Source of the DNA: an uncultured Chryseobacterium sp.
Lineage (GTDB): Bacteria > Bacteroidota > Bacteroidia > UBA10329
Direction of reading: 5' to 3'
DNA length: 64,000 nt
Assembly (NCBI GenBank): GCA_964500205.1
Contig: CAZCNS010000004.1
Location: 98,260 to 162,259, forward strand
The position numbers were made by a program, and so were the translations under genes. Below the pieces are notes generated by a model that was not told where the DNA came from, did no database searches, and saw only the letters and a program-made list of their open reading frames with translations. Shown in pieces: positions 35,109-45,254 of this stretch; position 1 is the first letter of the stretch, and each line of letters opens with the position of its first letter.

Positions 35109-37517
35109 ATGGAAATCAACTACATAGGTGAACAACTGATGCCCGGCAAGCTCGGGCATTTCTTTATCGTGCTGGGCTTCGTGTCGGCACTGGTGGCGGC
35201 CATCGCTTACTATTTCGGGGCGAAGGATGATGCCGAGTCGAATGGCTGGCGCAAGATGGGCCGTGTGGCGTTCGGCATCCATTCGTTCTCTGTGCTCAGT
35301 GTGGTAGGCATATTGCTCGGACTATTGGCCAACCATCGCTTCGAATACCATTACATCTGGCAGCACTCGAATACCGAGATGCCCATGGAATATATTCTTT
35401 CCAGCTTCTGGGAAGGGCAGGAGGGCAGTTTCTTGCTGTGGTTGTTCTGGCATGTGGTGCTGGGTCTCATCCTGATGTTCTCGGCCAAGAAATGGGAATC
35501 GCCCGTGATGGCGGTGTTCGCGCTGGTGCAGGCATTCCTCGTGTCGATGCTGCTGGGCACGCAGCTCGGTGATTTCCGTCTCGGCAGCAACCCGTTCGTG
35601 CTGCTGCGAGACCATCCCGATTTTATGAATCTGCCTTTCCTTCAGAACGCGAGCTACCTCACCAATCTGGACGGTCGCGGCCTCAACCCGCTGCTCCAGA
35701 ACTACTGGATGACTATCCACCCACCCACGCTGTTCTTAGGTTTTGCCAGTACGCTCGTGCCGTTTGCCTTCGCGATAGCGGGCCTTTGGAAAAAGCAGTA
35801 CACCGAATGGCTGAAGCCCGCCCTGCCTTGGACGTTCTTCGGTATCATGATTCTCGGCACGGGCATCCTTATGGGAGGTGCATGGGCCTACGAGGCATTG
35901 AGTTTCGGAGGATTCTGGGCTTGGGACCCCGTGGAGAATGCCAGCCTTGTACCGTGGATCACACTCGTTGGCGCGGCCCACGTCATGGTGATTCAGAAGA
36001 ACAAGGGGCAGTCGCTTATCATCACGTTCGTGCTCACGCTCATCACGTTCATCCTCATCCTTTACTCCACCTTCCTTACGCGGAGCGGGGTGCTCGGTGA
36101 GACAAGCGTGCACGCCTTCACCGACCTCGGCATGTCGGGCCAGCTGTTGGTCTATCTGCTATCTTTCCTGTTTCTGGCGATGCTGCTGCTGGCCGTGCGT
36201 TGGAAGGAACTGCCCAAGGCTGCTGAGGAGGAGAGTCTATACAGCCGCGAGTTCTGGATGTTCGTGGGTGCGATGGTGCTCAGCATTTCAGCCTTCCAGA
36301 TCAGTTTCAGCACCAGCATACCGGTCATCAACAAGGTGCTGGGCACGAACATCGCCCCACCCCTCGACCCCATTTCGCACTACAACAGTTGGCAGCTGCC
36401 GCTGGCGATCATCGTGGCGCTGCTCATTGCGGTGACTCAGTACCTCAAGTATCGCAAGACCGAGCCGAGGAAGTTCTACTCCGCGCTGGCGATTCCGTTC
36501 GGAGTTGCGCTGGTGCTGACCGTAGCGATTGCGGTGGCGATGAAATACACCCATTTCATGTATCTGCTGATGCTGTTCGCCACGCTCTTCACAGTGACAG
36601 CCAATCTCGGCTACTGGATTCAGATTCTGAAAGGGAAAATGGCTGTGGCGGGCGCATCGGTGGCGCACGTAGGATTCGGACTCATACTGCTGGGCGCATT
36701 CCTCAGTACCTCCAAGACTCAGACCATCAGCATGAACACAAGCGGTCTGGACGTCTCCAGCCTCGGGACCGACTACTCCAACCGCGAGAACATCCTGCTG
36801 ATGAAGGGCGACACGCTGCGGATGGCTGAGTATTTCGTCACCTACAAGGGGCGCAACAAGGAGGGAGTGAATATCTTCTACGAGGTGGAATACATGACGC
36901 AGCCCGCCCCTGGGCAGTACGAGACGGCCTTCACGCTCTACCCACGCGTGCAGACCAACCCGCGCATGGGCAACGTGGCCGAGCCTGACACGCGCCATTT
37001 CCTACACAAGGACATCTACACCTTCGTGACCTACGCGGAGATTGAGAAGCCCGATGTGAAGCCCGAGGACTTCAAGAACACCACCACCAAGGCACTGGCC
37101 GTGGGCGACACGCTCTTTGCGGGCAATGCCATCATCACCTTCGATGGTTTCGACCGCAATGTGGACAAGGCAGAACTCGGTCTGAAGGATGCGGATATTG
37201 CAGTGGGCGCCAAATTCACAGCGGTTGACATCAACAGCACGCGACATACGGCCATGCCCGTCTATGCGCTGCGCGATGCCTACGCCATCCCCGTGGAGGC
37301 GGAGATCGAACAGCTTGGCCTGAAATTCCGCATCAAGCGGCTCATACCTGAAGAGGGAAAAGTGGAGGTGGAACTCTACGAACGGGCCGACAACTACCGC
37401 GAGTTCATCGTGCTGAAAGCCCTTGTCTTCCCATGGATCAACATCCTGTGGGCGGGCTGCGTCATCATGGTCATCGGGACGGTGATGGCGATAAGGAGGA
37501 GGGTGAGGTTGGGGTAA
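35109..37517 (+). CDS. ccmF: Cytochrome c-type biogenesis protein CcmF (heme lyase component)
   Basis: 802 aa polytopic protein with the WWD motif WAYEALSFGGFWAWDPVENASLVPW. Confidence 0.9.
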   Translation: MEINYIGEQLMPGKLGHFFIVLGFVSALVAAIAYYFGAKDDAESNGWRKMGRVAFGIHSFSVLSVVGILLGLLANHRFEYHYIWQHSNTEMPMEYILSSFWEGQEGSFLLWLFWHVVLGLILMFSAKKWESPVMAVFALVQAFLVSMLLGTQLGDFRLGSNPFVLLRDHPDFMNLPFLQNASYLTNLDGRGLNPLLQNYWMTIHPPTLFLGFASTLVPFAFAIAGLWKKQYTEWLKPALPWTFFGIMILGTGILMGGAWAYEALSFGGFWAWDPVENASLVPWITLVGAAHVMVIQKNKGQSLIITFVLTLITFILILYSTFLTRSGVLGETSVHAFTDLGMSGQLLVYLLSFLFLAMLLLAVRWKELPKAAEEESLYSREFWMFVGAMVLSISAFQISFSTSIPVINKVLGTNIAPPLDPISHYNSWQLPLAIIVALLIAVTQYLKYRKTEPRKFYSALAIPFGVALVLTVAIAVAMKYTHFMYLLMLFATLFTVTANLGYWIQILKGKMAVAGASVAHVGFGLILLGAFLSTSKTQTISMNTSGLDVSSLGTDYSNRENILLMKGDTLRMAEYFVTYKGRNKEGVNIFYEVEYMTQPAPGQYETAFTLYPRVQTNPRMGNVAEPDTRHFLHKDIYTFVTYAEIEKPDVKPEDFKNTTTKALAVGDTLFAGNAIITFDGFDRNVDKAELGLKDADIAVGAKFTAVDINSTRHTAMPVYALRDAYAIPVEAEIEQLGLKFRIKRLIPEEGKVEVELYERADNYREFIVLKALVFPWINILWAGCVIMVIGTVMAIRRRVRLG

Positions 37518-37866
37518 GTCGGGCTGATTGCCCCTCGTTTTATTGGCGCAAAGTGCCCGTTTCAATGCTGTTTTGGGATTCCCTCATATTTCTTGGTGAC
37601 TCGGATGCCATGCGTTCAGATAAGAATATTCCTGCGGGCTGGAATTTATTAAGTACATGAAAAATTCTATTGTTTCTTTTCTGGCAATCGTACTCGGGAA
37701 CATTTTGTGTGCTAAATACTATCACACTCAAAGCGGTTTTAGATTTTTATCATTGCTAGGGCTTTTTATGGTTTTGGCATCAATTTTTTCCTTCTGAGCA
37801 AATTTTTCGAGGCTTTTTCGCAGCAGTAATGAACAACGTATTTCTGAAGAGAAATCTGTAACTATT

Positions 37867-38175
37867 ATGGCGATTGTTTTGGTGGTGTTAATTGTGCTAC
37901 AGGTGTTTGGGATGGTATTTTTTGATGATCATCAGAACAGATTACTTGAAGAACATGGACAATTTACAGAAACCATAGTTGTGAATAAAACGCGGGAAAG
38001 GCGCGGAAGAGGTGCCGCAGGCTACTACATACATTATATTTTCACTTACAATGGAAAGGAGTATAAACACGATGCAGAAATTGACTCTGTCGAAATTGGT
38101 GATACGATAGAAATTAAGTTTTATCCTGAGAACCCTGAAAACCACCGAGTCTTAACGAAAGGCTCGAATCGTTAA
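37867..38175 (+). CDS. DUF3592-like small membrane-anchored protein
   Basis: 102 aa with an N-terminal TM helix, then a beta-rich region with the IEIKFYPENPENHRVL pattern. Lies in an AT-rich segment. Confidence 0.5.
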   Translation: MAIVLVVLIVLQVFGMVFFDDHQNRLLEEHGQFTETIVVNKTRERRGRGAAGYYIHYIFTYNGKEYKHDAEIDSVEIGDTIEIKFYPENPENHRVLTKGSNR

Positions 38176-38344
38176 TAATTCAGTCTTAATCGTATGGCTG
38201 CTGCTTTTGTTTTGATTCGCTGTTAGTTCTCAGGAGGGGGTGTTATTGTGGTCTCTTTGCGATTTCATTAGCGTAGTAATTGTGATAGTTTGAAGTTGTC
38301 GTGAGCCGATTAGCAGGGTTATTCGGCTCACGATTCGGTCATTT

Positions 38345-38470
38345 ATGAGCCGATTGCAGCGTAGTGCATCCAAGGCCACCGCCACCCGCGACCTGCAAGA
38401 CCTTTCGGAAAAAGGGATTCTTACCGTGTCGGGCGGAGGAAGAAGCACGGGGTATCAGGTGAATCTCTGA
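38345..38470 (+). pseudogene. Remnant of the C-terminal winged-helix domain of a Fic/DOC-family protein
   Basis: The 41-codon ORF MSRLQRSASKATATRDLQDLSEKGILTVSGGGRSTGYQVNL matches the conserved C-terminal wHTH tail of Fic proteins. No Fic core lies upstream. Confidence 0.45.
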
Positions 38471-38550
38471 ATGTTCGGAGGGGATGCGTCATCGTGGTCA
38501 TCGGTACGGTGATGGCGATACGAAGGAGGGTGAGGTCGGGTTGACCTAAC

Positions 38551-40032
38551 TTGCGGCCTGAGATGGCTGCTTTCCTGAAAATGCGGGTGATACTGTCCTT
38601 GTCGACCATCGCTGTGTTGTTGGTCTTCTCCTTTTTCCGATTCTCTGCCTATCATTATCCCTTTCTTGATTCTGACATGGCCATCCATGTGCTCATGGCG
38701 CGTGGGTTCGAGTTTTACCATAATCTCTACTACTGGGGACAGACCCGCTTGGGCAGTCTTCTGCCGCTGGTGGCATTCTTTCCCTGGAAAGTCGGGCTGA
38801 ACCCGCTGAAGGCAGTTTCGCTGGCGCAGTGCGGCATGGTCGTGGTCACACTGGGCGGTTTTTTTCTTTTGGAAAGAAAGTGGTTGGGGTCGGTCGTGCT
38901 GGCCGCACTGTTCCTGCTTCCCCCACCGGCATTGGTGTACACGCTGATGCCCGGTCATCCTGCGTTGCCGCACATCATGCTCACGGTGCTCGGTGCGTAT
39001 GCCGTGATGAGGGTAGGTGCAGGCGATGCCCGTGCAGACAGTTTTTGGTTCTTGACCGGTTGGCTTTGCGCACTGATGGCGGTCTGGGTGTCCGATCTTG
39101 CCATGGTCACCGCACCTGCGCTGTGGGTCTGGATGGTGGTTCGGGTCAGGATTCGGTCGGGAGCTGACACATCGGTCCGGATATCGGTGGCTGTCGTCCT
39201 TGCCACTCTTTCACTTCCGTTGTGGGTGGCATGGCTCAAGAGCGGAAGGGTCGATTATTCGGGTTATGATGAGCAATCTGTTGCAGGGCTAATGATGGCT
39301 GGGAAGGGGCTGACAGCCCACCTTTATTCTCTTCTTGAGACGCTTATGATGAAGGATGGTTTCAGGTGGTCGGGGCTGTGGGCGGGTTTCATGGCACTGG
39401 CAACGGGTCTTGGTGTGCATGTACTGGTCGGTGATGCAAGGAGACGAGGCATGGCCGATACCCTGACGCATCCCTCGTTGCTGTTTTTGCTGCTTGCTGC
39501 GTTGACGTATGCCGCTACTATGATGAGCGGATGGGCCGCACTCAATGGCTACGATTCGCGTTACCTGGCAGTGCCGGTCGTGTTTCTCATGATGTCGCTC
39601 TGCATGATGTTAACGAACGAACGGCCACGGATGCCACTCGTCTTGACGCTGGTCATCGCTGCCATCGCCTCTGGATTGTCTTTCGGGGAGCAGGTGCCGC
39701 ACCCTGATAGGTTTCAAGTGAACGATGACGCTCGTGACCGCTTGCGTGCCATGCGGTCGGCCACCATTTTGGGCGACTACTGGTTCTGTTATGCCATGGC
39801 CTCGTACAATGCGGATGAGATTATTCCGATGCCGTTCGGGGAGGATTTTTACCGTAACGGACATCAGATAGAGGCAGCTTTTCTCAGCGATTCCATTTTC
39901 GTTTGCACTTCGACCAAGTATCCTCAGCTAAGTGACACATTGCATCAGCATGGTCGGATGCTACTGAAGACCGGTGAACCGCATTTCCAAGTCGGGAATG
40001 CTGTTTTGGCCAGGTATACCGTCCAACTCTAA
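38551..40032 (+). CDS. Polytopic integral membrane protein (GT-C/ArnT-like fold suspected), hypothetical
   Basis: 493 aa (start ambiguous, 38551-38581) with more than 10 predicted TM helices. Function unknown. Confidence 0.5.
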   Translation: MRPEMAAFLKMRVILSLSTIAVLLVFSFFRFSAYHYPFLDSDMAIHVLMARGFEFYHNLYYWGQTRLGSLLPLVAFFPWKVGLNPLKAVSLAQCGMVVVTLGGFFLLERKWLGSVVLAALFLLPPPALVYTLMPGHPALPHIMLTVLGAYAVMRVGAGDARADSFWFLTGWLCALMAVWVSDLAMVTAPALWVWMVVRVRIRSGADTSVRISVAVVLATLSLPLWVAWLKSGRVDYSGYDEQSVAGLMMAGKGLTAHLYSLLETLMMKDGFRWSGLWAGFMALATGLGVHVLVGDARRRGMADTLTHPSLLFLLLAALTYAATMMSGWAALNGYDSRYLAVPVVFLMMSLCMMLTNERPRMPLVLTLVIAAIASGLSFGEQVPHPDRFQVNDDARDRLRAMRSATILGDYWFCYAMASYNADEIIPMPFGEDFYRNGHQIEAAFLSDSIFVCTSTKYPQLSDTLHQHGRMLLKTGEPHFQVGNAVLARYTVQL

Positions 40033-41300
40033 AAACTCCACTTCAGCCTGAGAAACACGCTGTTGCTCAGGTTCTGGTAGCGGCTCACGAGCGCACCATC
40101 CTCAATTTCGGGGAATTCTGAGAAGAACAGCTGGCCCGTCAGCAGCAGGTCGATGTTCGTGGAGGCCGACCACGTGAGCGTGGGGTTCAGCAGCAGCAGG
40201 TGCGGGCCGAAGCCGTAGATAGCAGCAAAGCTGGCGTTGATGAGCGGGGTGATGGGGTAACTCACGGTCACAAAGGCGTTGTAGCGCGTGGGCATCAGGT
40301 TCTTCGCGCTCAGGACGGCCCCGCTGAAGAACGTGGCGAGCTTGGCGGGGTCAGAATCATCAATGCCGTTGCTGTTGAAGAGCACCGATCCGTTGAGGTA
40401 GAGCGAGTTGCGGAACGCATAGTCCACTGTCAGTGCGGCCGTAACGGTGTGGGTGCTGTCGGCAAAGCCCTCGAACGGCCCGAACCACTGCGCCTCGCCC
40501 TTGAAACCCGCGTTGCGGATGTTGCCCGCCCAGCCGATGCCAGCCGTCACATCGCGCCTGAACTGCCCTGCGATGAACTGGAGGTCATAGCCCCGCGCAT
40601 TCATCTTGTACATCACCGCTGCGGTCGATTCGTCCCAGCGTTCGCGGGGGGCCACCGCAATCTCGAAACCGCTCATGTTCTTCGCGAAATACTGGAACCG
40701 TACCGCGTCCGCACCAGGCCGTTCCTCATAGTCGAAGTCGATGAAGTTGTAGGCGTTGAAGATGTCGTTGGGGTTCCACGCGAGGTTCACGCCCCAGTTG
40801 ATGCGCTGGCGGCCCGCACGGATGTCCACCCTGCTGTTGCCCCAGCCTACGTACAGGCGGTCGAGGGAGGTGTTGAGCAGCACCGCTTCGTTGTTCCCGA
40901 TGTTCCACGTCATGTCCACGAGGCCATCATCCGCTTCGAGCATGTCGCGAGAGGCGGGGGTGGTCACCGTCCGTCCTGCATAGAAGAGGCGCGTGCGCAG
41001 CTCTGCTGCTACTGTGAAACCCGCGCTTGGGGTGATGCGCAAGTTCAGGCGGTTGTGGATGAAGTTCTCTGTGCTGTTACCGATGAGCGGGTTGCCTGAT
41101 AGCGACACGATGTTGAGGTTCTTCACATAGCCCCGCAGTTGCACGATGTCGGAGAATTTCGGACGCGGGGCGGAGGTGGTGTCGGATTCCTGAGCGTTCG
41201 CGATGCTGATCATCAACAGAGTGGTTGCGGCCACCCACCACCCCTTAGAGACGCGATTAATCGCGTCTCTACACGCCCATCGGAATGCCCTGTTAACCAT
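40029..41300 (-). CDS. Outer-membrane beta-barrel protein, hypothetical, first gene of the Lol-like ABC cluster
   Basis: Signal peptide, alternating beta-strand pattern and C-terminal aromatic residue (…LRLKWSF). 4-bp overlap with the downstream membrane protein gene. Confidence 0.55.
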   Translation of the reverse strand: MVNRAFRWACRDAINRVSKGWWVAATTLLMISIANAQESDTTSAPRPKFSDIVQLRGYVKNLNIVSLSGNPLIGNSTENFIHNRLNLRITPSAGFTVAAELRTRLFYAGRTVTTPASRDMLEADDGLVDMTWNIGNNEAVLLNTSLDRLYVGWGNSRVDIRAGRQRINWGVNLAWNPNDIFNAYNFIDFDYEERPGADAVRFQYFAKNMSGFEIAVAPRERWDESTAAVMYKMNARGYDLQFIAGQFRRDVTAGIGWAGNIRNAGFKGEAQWFGPFEGFADSTHTVTAALTVDYAFRNSLYLNGSVLFNSNGIDDSDPAKLATFFSGAVLSAKNLMPTRYNAFVTVSYPITPLINASFAAIYGFGPHLLLLNPTLTWSASTNIDLLLTGQLFFSEFPEIEDGALVSRYQNLSNSVFLRLKWSF

Positions 41301-41319
41301 TCTCTATTATCCGTTAACC

Positions 41320-42000
41320 CTACCGCCTCTCATCACTCACAACCCTTCCATCTTCCAGAACGATTACCCTGCGCGCACGGTCTATCACGCGCTGGTCGTG
41401 GGTCGAGAAGATGAACGTGATGCCCTCCTCCGCGTTGAGCCGCGCCATGATGTCGAGCAGGTTGAAGGCGCTCTTGCTGTCGAGGTTGGCGGTGGGTTCA
41501 TCGGCCAGCACGAAATCGGGCTTGGAGGCCAGTGCCCGTGCCACGGCCACGCGCTGCTGCTGGCCACCTGAGAGCTGGGTTGGACGCTTGTCCATCTGGT
41601 CTGCCAGACCCACTTCTCGAAGCAGTTGCTCCACACGGGCATCACGTTCGGCCTTGGGCACGTTCTGAAGGAGCATGATGAACTCCGCGTTCTCGCGGGC
41701 CGTGAGTACGGGGATGAGGTTGTAGCTCTGAAACACGAACCCGATGTGCCGCAGGCGGAAGTCTATCAGTTCGCTGTCCGTGAGGCCCGTCAGCTCCTTG
41801 CCGTTCACTTGGATACTGCCCGAAGTCGGACGGTCGAGACCACCGATCATGTTCAGCAGCGTGGTCTTGCCACTGCCCGAAGGCCCGATGACAGCGGTGA
41901 ATTCATTGTCCTCGATGGTCAGATCGACCTTCTTCACCGCATGAACGGGCACTACCCCTTCGTAGGTCTTGGTAAGCTGTTTTGTCTCAATTACGTTCAT
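41320..42000 (-). CDS. ABC transporter ATP-binding protein (LolD/MacB-type)
   Basis: Walker A GPSGSGKTT, ABC signature LSGGQQQRV, and Walker B FVLADEPT. Confidence 0.9.
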   Translation of the reverse strand: MNVIETKQLTKTYEGVVPVHAVKKVDLTIEDNEFTAVIGPSGSGKTTLLNMIGGLDRPTSGSIQVNGKELTGLTDSELIDFRLRHIGFVFQSYNLIPVLTARENAEFIMLLQNVPKAERDARVEQLLREVGLADQMDKRPTQLSGGQQQRVAVARALASKPDFVLADEPTANLDSKSAFNLLDIMARLNAEEGITFIFSTHDQRVIDRARRVIVLEDGRVVSDERR

Positions 42001-42009
42001 GGCAATTGC

Positions 42010-43224
42010 TCATTGGTTTCTTATTGCTTCAACAGGATTTAATCCCAACGCCTTTCTCGCTGGGTAAACGGCCGCAAGCACCGCCATTACCGCCACCATC
42101 CCCGCCACCTCGAAGTAGGATTTCGTGTCGAGGTGCGGATGGATGATGTTCGAGAAGCCGAGGTCTGCGTATGCGGCCGAGCCGAGGTCGATGCCTACCT
42201 CCCCGAAATAGGTGACAAACGCCCACGACAGCAGCAGCCCCAGCGGCCCGCCTATCATGGTGAGCATGACGGTCTCCAGCAGTATCATGCTGAACACCCG
42301 CGCCTTGCCCATGCCCACGGCCATCAGCACGCCTATCTCGCGCACCCGCTCCAATACGGCCATCAGCATGGTGTTGAGGATGCTGAACAGCAGCGCCACC
42401 AGTATGATGCCCACGATGAAATAGACGTACACCCCGATGACCTCCACCATGTAGCGCATGCCCGTGGCGAGGTCGAGCCAGAGCAGCACCTCCAGTTCGG
42501 GGTGCGCCTCCTGATACTTGGCGGCCAGCGGCTCGGCCAGGTCGTGGTCGCGCAGGGCCACGGCTATCTGATGCACGCCCGATTCGATGTGAAGCAGGTT
42601 GCGAAGATCCTGCTGACGCACGTAGAGCTGCATCTCATCGAACATGCCGTTGCCCGACTCGAAGATGCCCACCACACGGAATGCGCCCGCGATTATTTCA
42701 CCCTCCACGTCCTGCACAGTCAGCACCAATTTGGATCGCAGTTCCACGCCATACTTGTCCGCCACCTTGCGGCTGATATAGACGGGCGTGCGGCCCTCAT
42801 CGCTCAGGTATTCACCATCGGTCACCTTGGCATCGATGCCCGTGACAGCCGCCTCGTCAGTAGGATTCACGCCCACGATGCGGATGGCCCCCGATTGCCT
42901 TGCCGAGGCTACCATGCCCATGCTCACCAGCCGTCCTGATACGCCTGCCACCGCTGGCTCCTCAAGCACTTCGGCCATGATGCCGTCTGCGTTCGGAATG
43001 TAGAGCTTCGTCAGGAACTCATCCTTGAACCCTGGCACATGGAACTGGAAGTCGCTGTATTCCAGTTTGATGACGCTTTCCACCTTCTGCACCATCATGC
43101 CCTGCACAAACGCAGATGCGAATACCCCCGCCAACAGTCCGATGGCAATGGCCATGATGACCACGAGGCTGCGGGTACGGTTGCGCCAGATGTTGCGCCA
43201 AGCGATTTTTATAAGCATAGCCAT
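42010..43224 (-). CDS. ABC transporter permease, FtsX/LolC-E family
   Basis: N-terminal TM helix, large periplasmic domain and C-terminal three-TM FtsX domain. Start taken at MAMLIKIAW. Confidence 0.8.
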   Translation of the reverse strand: MAMLIKIAWRNIWRNRTRSLVVIMAIAIGLLAGVFASAFVQGMMVQKVESVIKLEYSDFQFHVPGFKDEFLTKLYIPNADGIMAEVLEEPAVAGVSGRLVSMGMVASARQSGAIRIVGVNPTDEAAVTGIDAKVTDGEYLSDEGRTPVYISRKVADKYGVELRSKLVLTVQDVEGEIIAGAFRVVGIFESGNGMFDEMQLYVRQQDLRNLLHIESGVHQIAVALRDHDLAEPLAAKYQEAHPELEVLLWLDLATGMRYMVEVIGVYVYFIVGIILVALLFSILNTMLMAVLERVREIGVLMAVGMGKARVFSMILLETVMLTMIGGPLGLLLSWAFVTYFGEVGIDLGSAAYADLGFSNIIHPHLDTKSYFEVAGMVAVMAVLAAVYPARKALGLNPVEAIRNQ

Positions 43225-43352
43225 TCGCTTTTCGCCTTTCGCTCTTCGCGGAAAAGGCACTGGTTTTTCGGTTGTGCTTCTGCAAACATTTTTCTTCGAA
43301 TCTCTGTGTGCTCAATGGTTCGGTGGCGAACAGTGAACAGCGAACGGCTTTC

Positions 43353-44579
43353 TCATCCCCTCATCGCATCAATCGCCTTCAACCTTGCAATCCTCATCAT
43401 AGGATACAGTGCAATCAAGCTGGTGATAATGGCAACCACAATGGCCTGCGTGGCAAACACCTCCAAGTCGATCGAGGCCTGCAGGACGGGTTCGAGGCCG
43501 TATTCCTCAAACATCTTGGCGAAGTCCTCGCCCTCACCGAACGTGATGGGGAAATAATAGAACCAGCCGCAGACGGGCAGCGCGCCCAACATGCCGAGCA
43601 GCGAGCCGAGCAGGGCCAGCAGCAGCACTTCGAGCCAGAAGATGACGGCCAGTTTCCAGCGTTTCATGCCCACGGCCACCAGCACCCCGAACTCGTGCAT
43701 CCGCTCGGCCAGCATCATCAGCATGGTGCCGAAGATGCCGAACGCGATGACCAGATATAGGATGAACATGAAGACGTAGCCCTCCACGCGGTCGGTCTCG
43801 ATCATGTTCTTGAGGTCGGGCGAGAGGACTTCCCAGTCGTGGGCCACGAGGCCGCTCGGGAGGCTTCCGCTGAGGTCGGCCGAGATGCTGCCCGAACGGT
43901 CGGGATTGGCCGTCTGCACCACGATGTTGGTACACAGGCCCTCCGCCCCGAAGAGCCACTGCGCCTCTTTCAGGGGCATCACCACCAACTGCTTGCTCAG
44001 CTCTGGCGACCCGAACGTGAGCAGGCCCTTCACCGCGTACTTGCCCGCTGCGGTGCTGCCCCGATAGCCCATGCCCATCAGTACGATGGTGTCGCCCACG
44101 CCCAGACGGAGGTACTTGCCAAGCCCCGAGCCGAGCAGCACCGAGCGGTCATCGGCCTTGAGGTATTCGCCCTCGCTCACGCGCTGGTCCATGCCACTGT
44201 GGCCGCGCTCGCGTTCTGGGTCTATGCCCACCACCATCGCGCCCCGCGTCAGCTCATCAGATGCCGACAGCGCGAAGCTCTCGATGCGCGGTGCGTAGCC
44301 TGTTACGCCCCGCGTGGACATGATGATTTCCCCGAGGCCGTCCGACATCGGCAGGGCATCGTCCAGCGAACGGTCGGGCAGGTATTCCTCTGCCTGCACC
44401 TGCACGAAGCCCGTGAACGACCCTATCATCGATTCCATCATGCGGTTGTACATTCCCTCCTTGATACTCATCATGAGGGTGGAGAGTATCACCGCGAAGA
44501 ACACCGACATCAGGTTGATGGCCGTTCTGCGCTTGTTGCGCCAGATGTTGCGGTAGGCGAGGCGGATCAGCATGGCCAC
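43353..44579 (-). CDS. ABC transporter permease, FtsX/LolC-E family (paralogue)
   Basis: Same architecture as the 42010 gene, with N-terminus MAMLIRLAYRNIWRNKRRT. Confidence 0.8.
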   Translation of the reverse strand: MAMLIRLAYRNIWRNKRRTAINLMSVFFAVILSTLMMSIKEGMYNRMMESMIGSFTGFVQVQAEEYLPDRSLDDALPMSDGLGEIIMSTRGVTGYAPRIESFALSASDELTRGAMVVGIDPERERGHSGMDQRVSEGEYLKADDRSVLLGSGLGKYLRLGVGDTIVLMGMGYRGSTAAGKYAVKGLLTFGSPELSKQLVVMPLKEAQWLFGAEGLCTNIVVQTANPDRSGSISADLSGSLPSGLVAHDWEVLSPDLKNMIETDRVEGYVFMFILYLVIAFGIFGTMLMMLAERMHEFGVLVAVGMKRWKLAVIFWLEVLLLALLGSLLGMLGALPVCGWFYYFPITFGEGEDFAKMFEEYGLEPVLQASIDLEVFATQAIVVAIITSLIALYPMMRIARLKAIDAMRG

Positions 44580-44760
44580 AAGCTTTTAGCTGCAAGCCGC
44601 AAGCGGGAGGAAGCTTCAAGCTTCAAGCTTCTGGCTTCAAGCGATGGGCGCATGTTACATTCGTTTCTTGATGAACGGCTTATCATGGGTGCTTGGTGTC
44701 TTGCTTGTAGCTTGAGGCTAAAGGCTTGCAGCTACATATTTGAAGCTAACGGCTTGCAGC

Positions 44761-45138
44761 TTACTTGTTTTTAATGTCACGGTTGATGGTGGCGATGAGA
44801 CCGCTAATCATGCGCTGTTCCTCCTCGATGGCTGCAAGGGCCTTGTCAATCGATCCTTCGGGACTGTTCGGGGCAAGTTCAAGCTCTTTAATAATGAGCA
44901 ACTGGGTCTCCAGTTCAAATGCGCTGCCAAGGCTTATCTCAAGGAAACGCCTGTAGTCGGGGTCGCTGAACCTGCTGCTGCCCTCCGCGATGTTGGACGG
45001 AATGGAGACGGCTGCCCGAGTCATCTGCGACCTCAGTCCATATCTCTCCTCATCAGGCAGGAACCGAGATACAGCATAAACCTGTTTCACAATACCCATC
45101 CCCTGCTTCCAGATCTTGAGTTGCTTGAAGTTTTTCAT
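44761..45138 (-). CDS. Four-helix-bundle protein (TIGR02436 family)
   Basis: 125 aa helical protein with the ...AVSIPSNIAEGSSR... signature of this family. Local GC is lower than the flanks, and the gene is flanked by GCTTGCAGC-type repeats. Confidence 0.7.
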   Translation of the reverse strand: MKNFKQLKIWKQGMGIVKQVYAVSRFLPDEERYGLRSQMTRAAVSIPSNIAEGSSRFSDPDYRRFLEISLGSAFELETQLLIIKELELAPNSPEGSIDKALAAIEEEQRMISGLIATINRDIKNK

Positions 45139-45254
45139 GTTTCGATGATTTAGAGTTGTTCAACAAATGTATTTCCCCCACCACATTACCCTTGCGGTCT
45201 TCGCTTCGCTTCACGTGGCGCTTGAAGCTTGCGGCTTATGGCTTGCAGCTTCGC

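Larger units (their letters stand above)
37518..38544. mobile_element. Low-GC islet inserted at the ccmF 3' end, bounded by a 59-bp imperfect direct repeat of the ccmF terminus
   Basis: ccmF 3' end 37459-37517 versus 38486-38544 (~86% identity). Both copies keep an in-frame C-terminal peptide ...VI(M/V)VIGTVMAIRRRVR(L/S)G followed by a stop. Cargo is a DUF3592 protein plus a Fic C-terminal remnant. No integrase is present. Confidence 0.55.
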
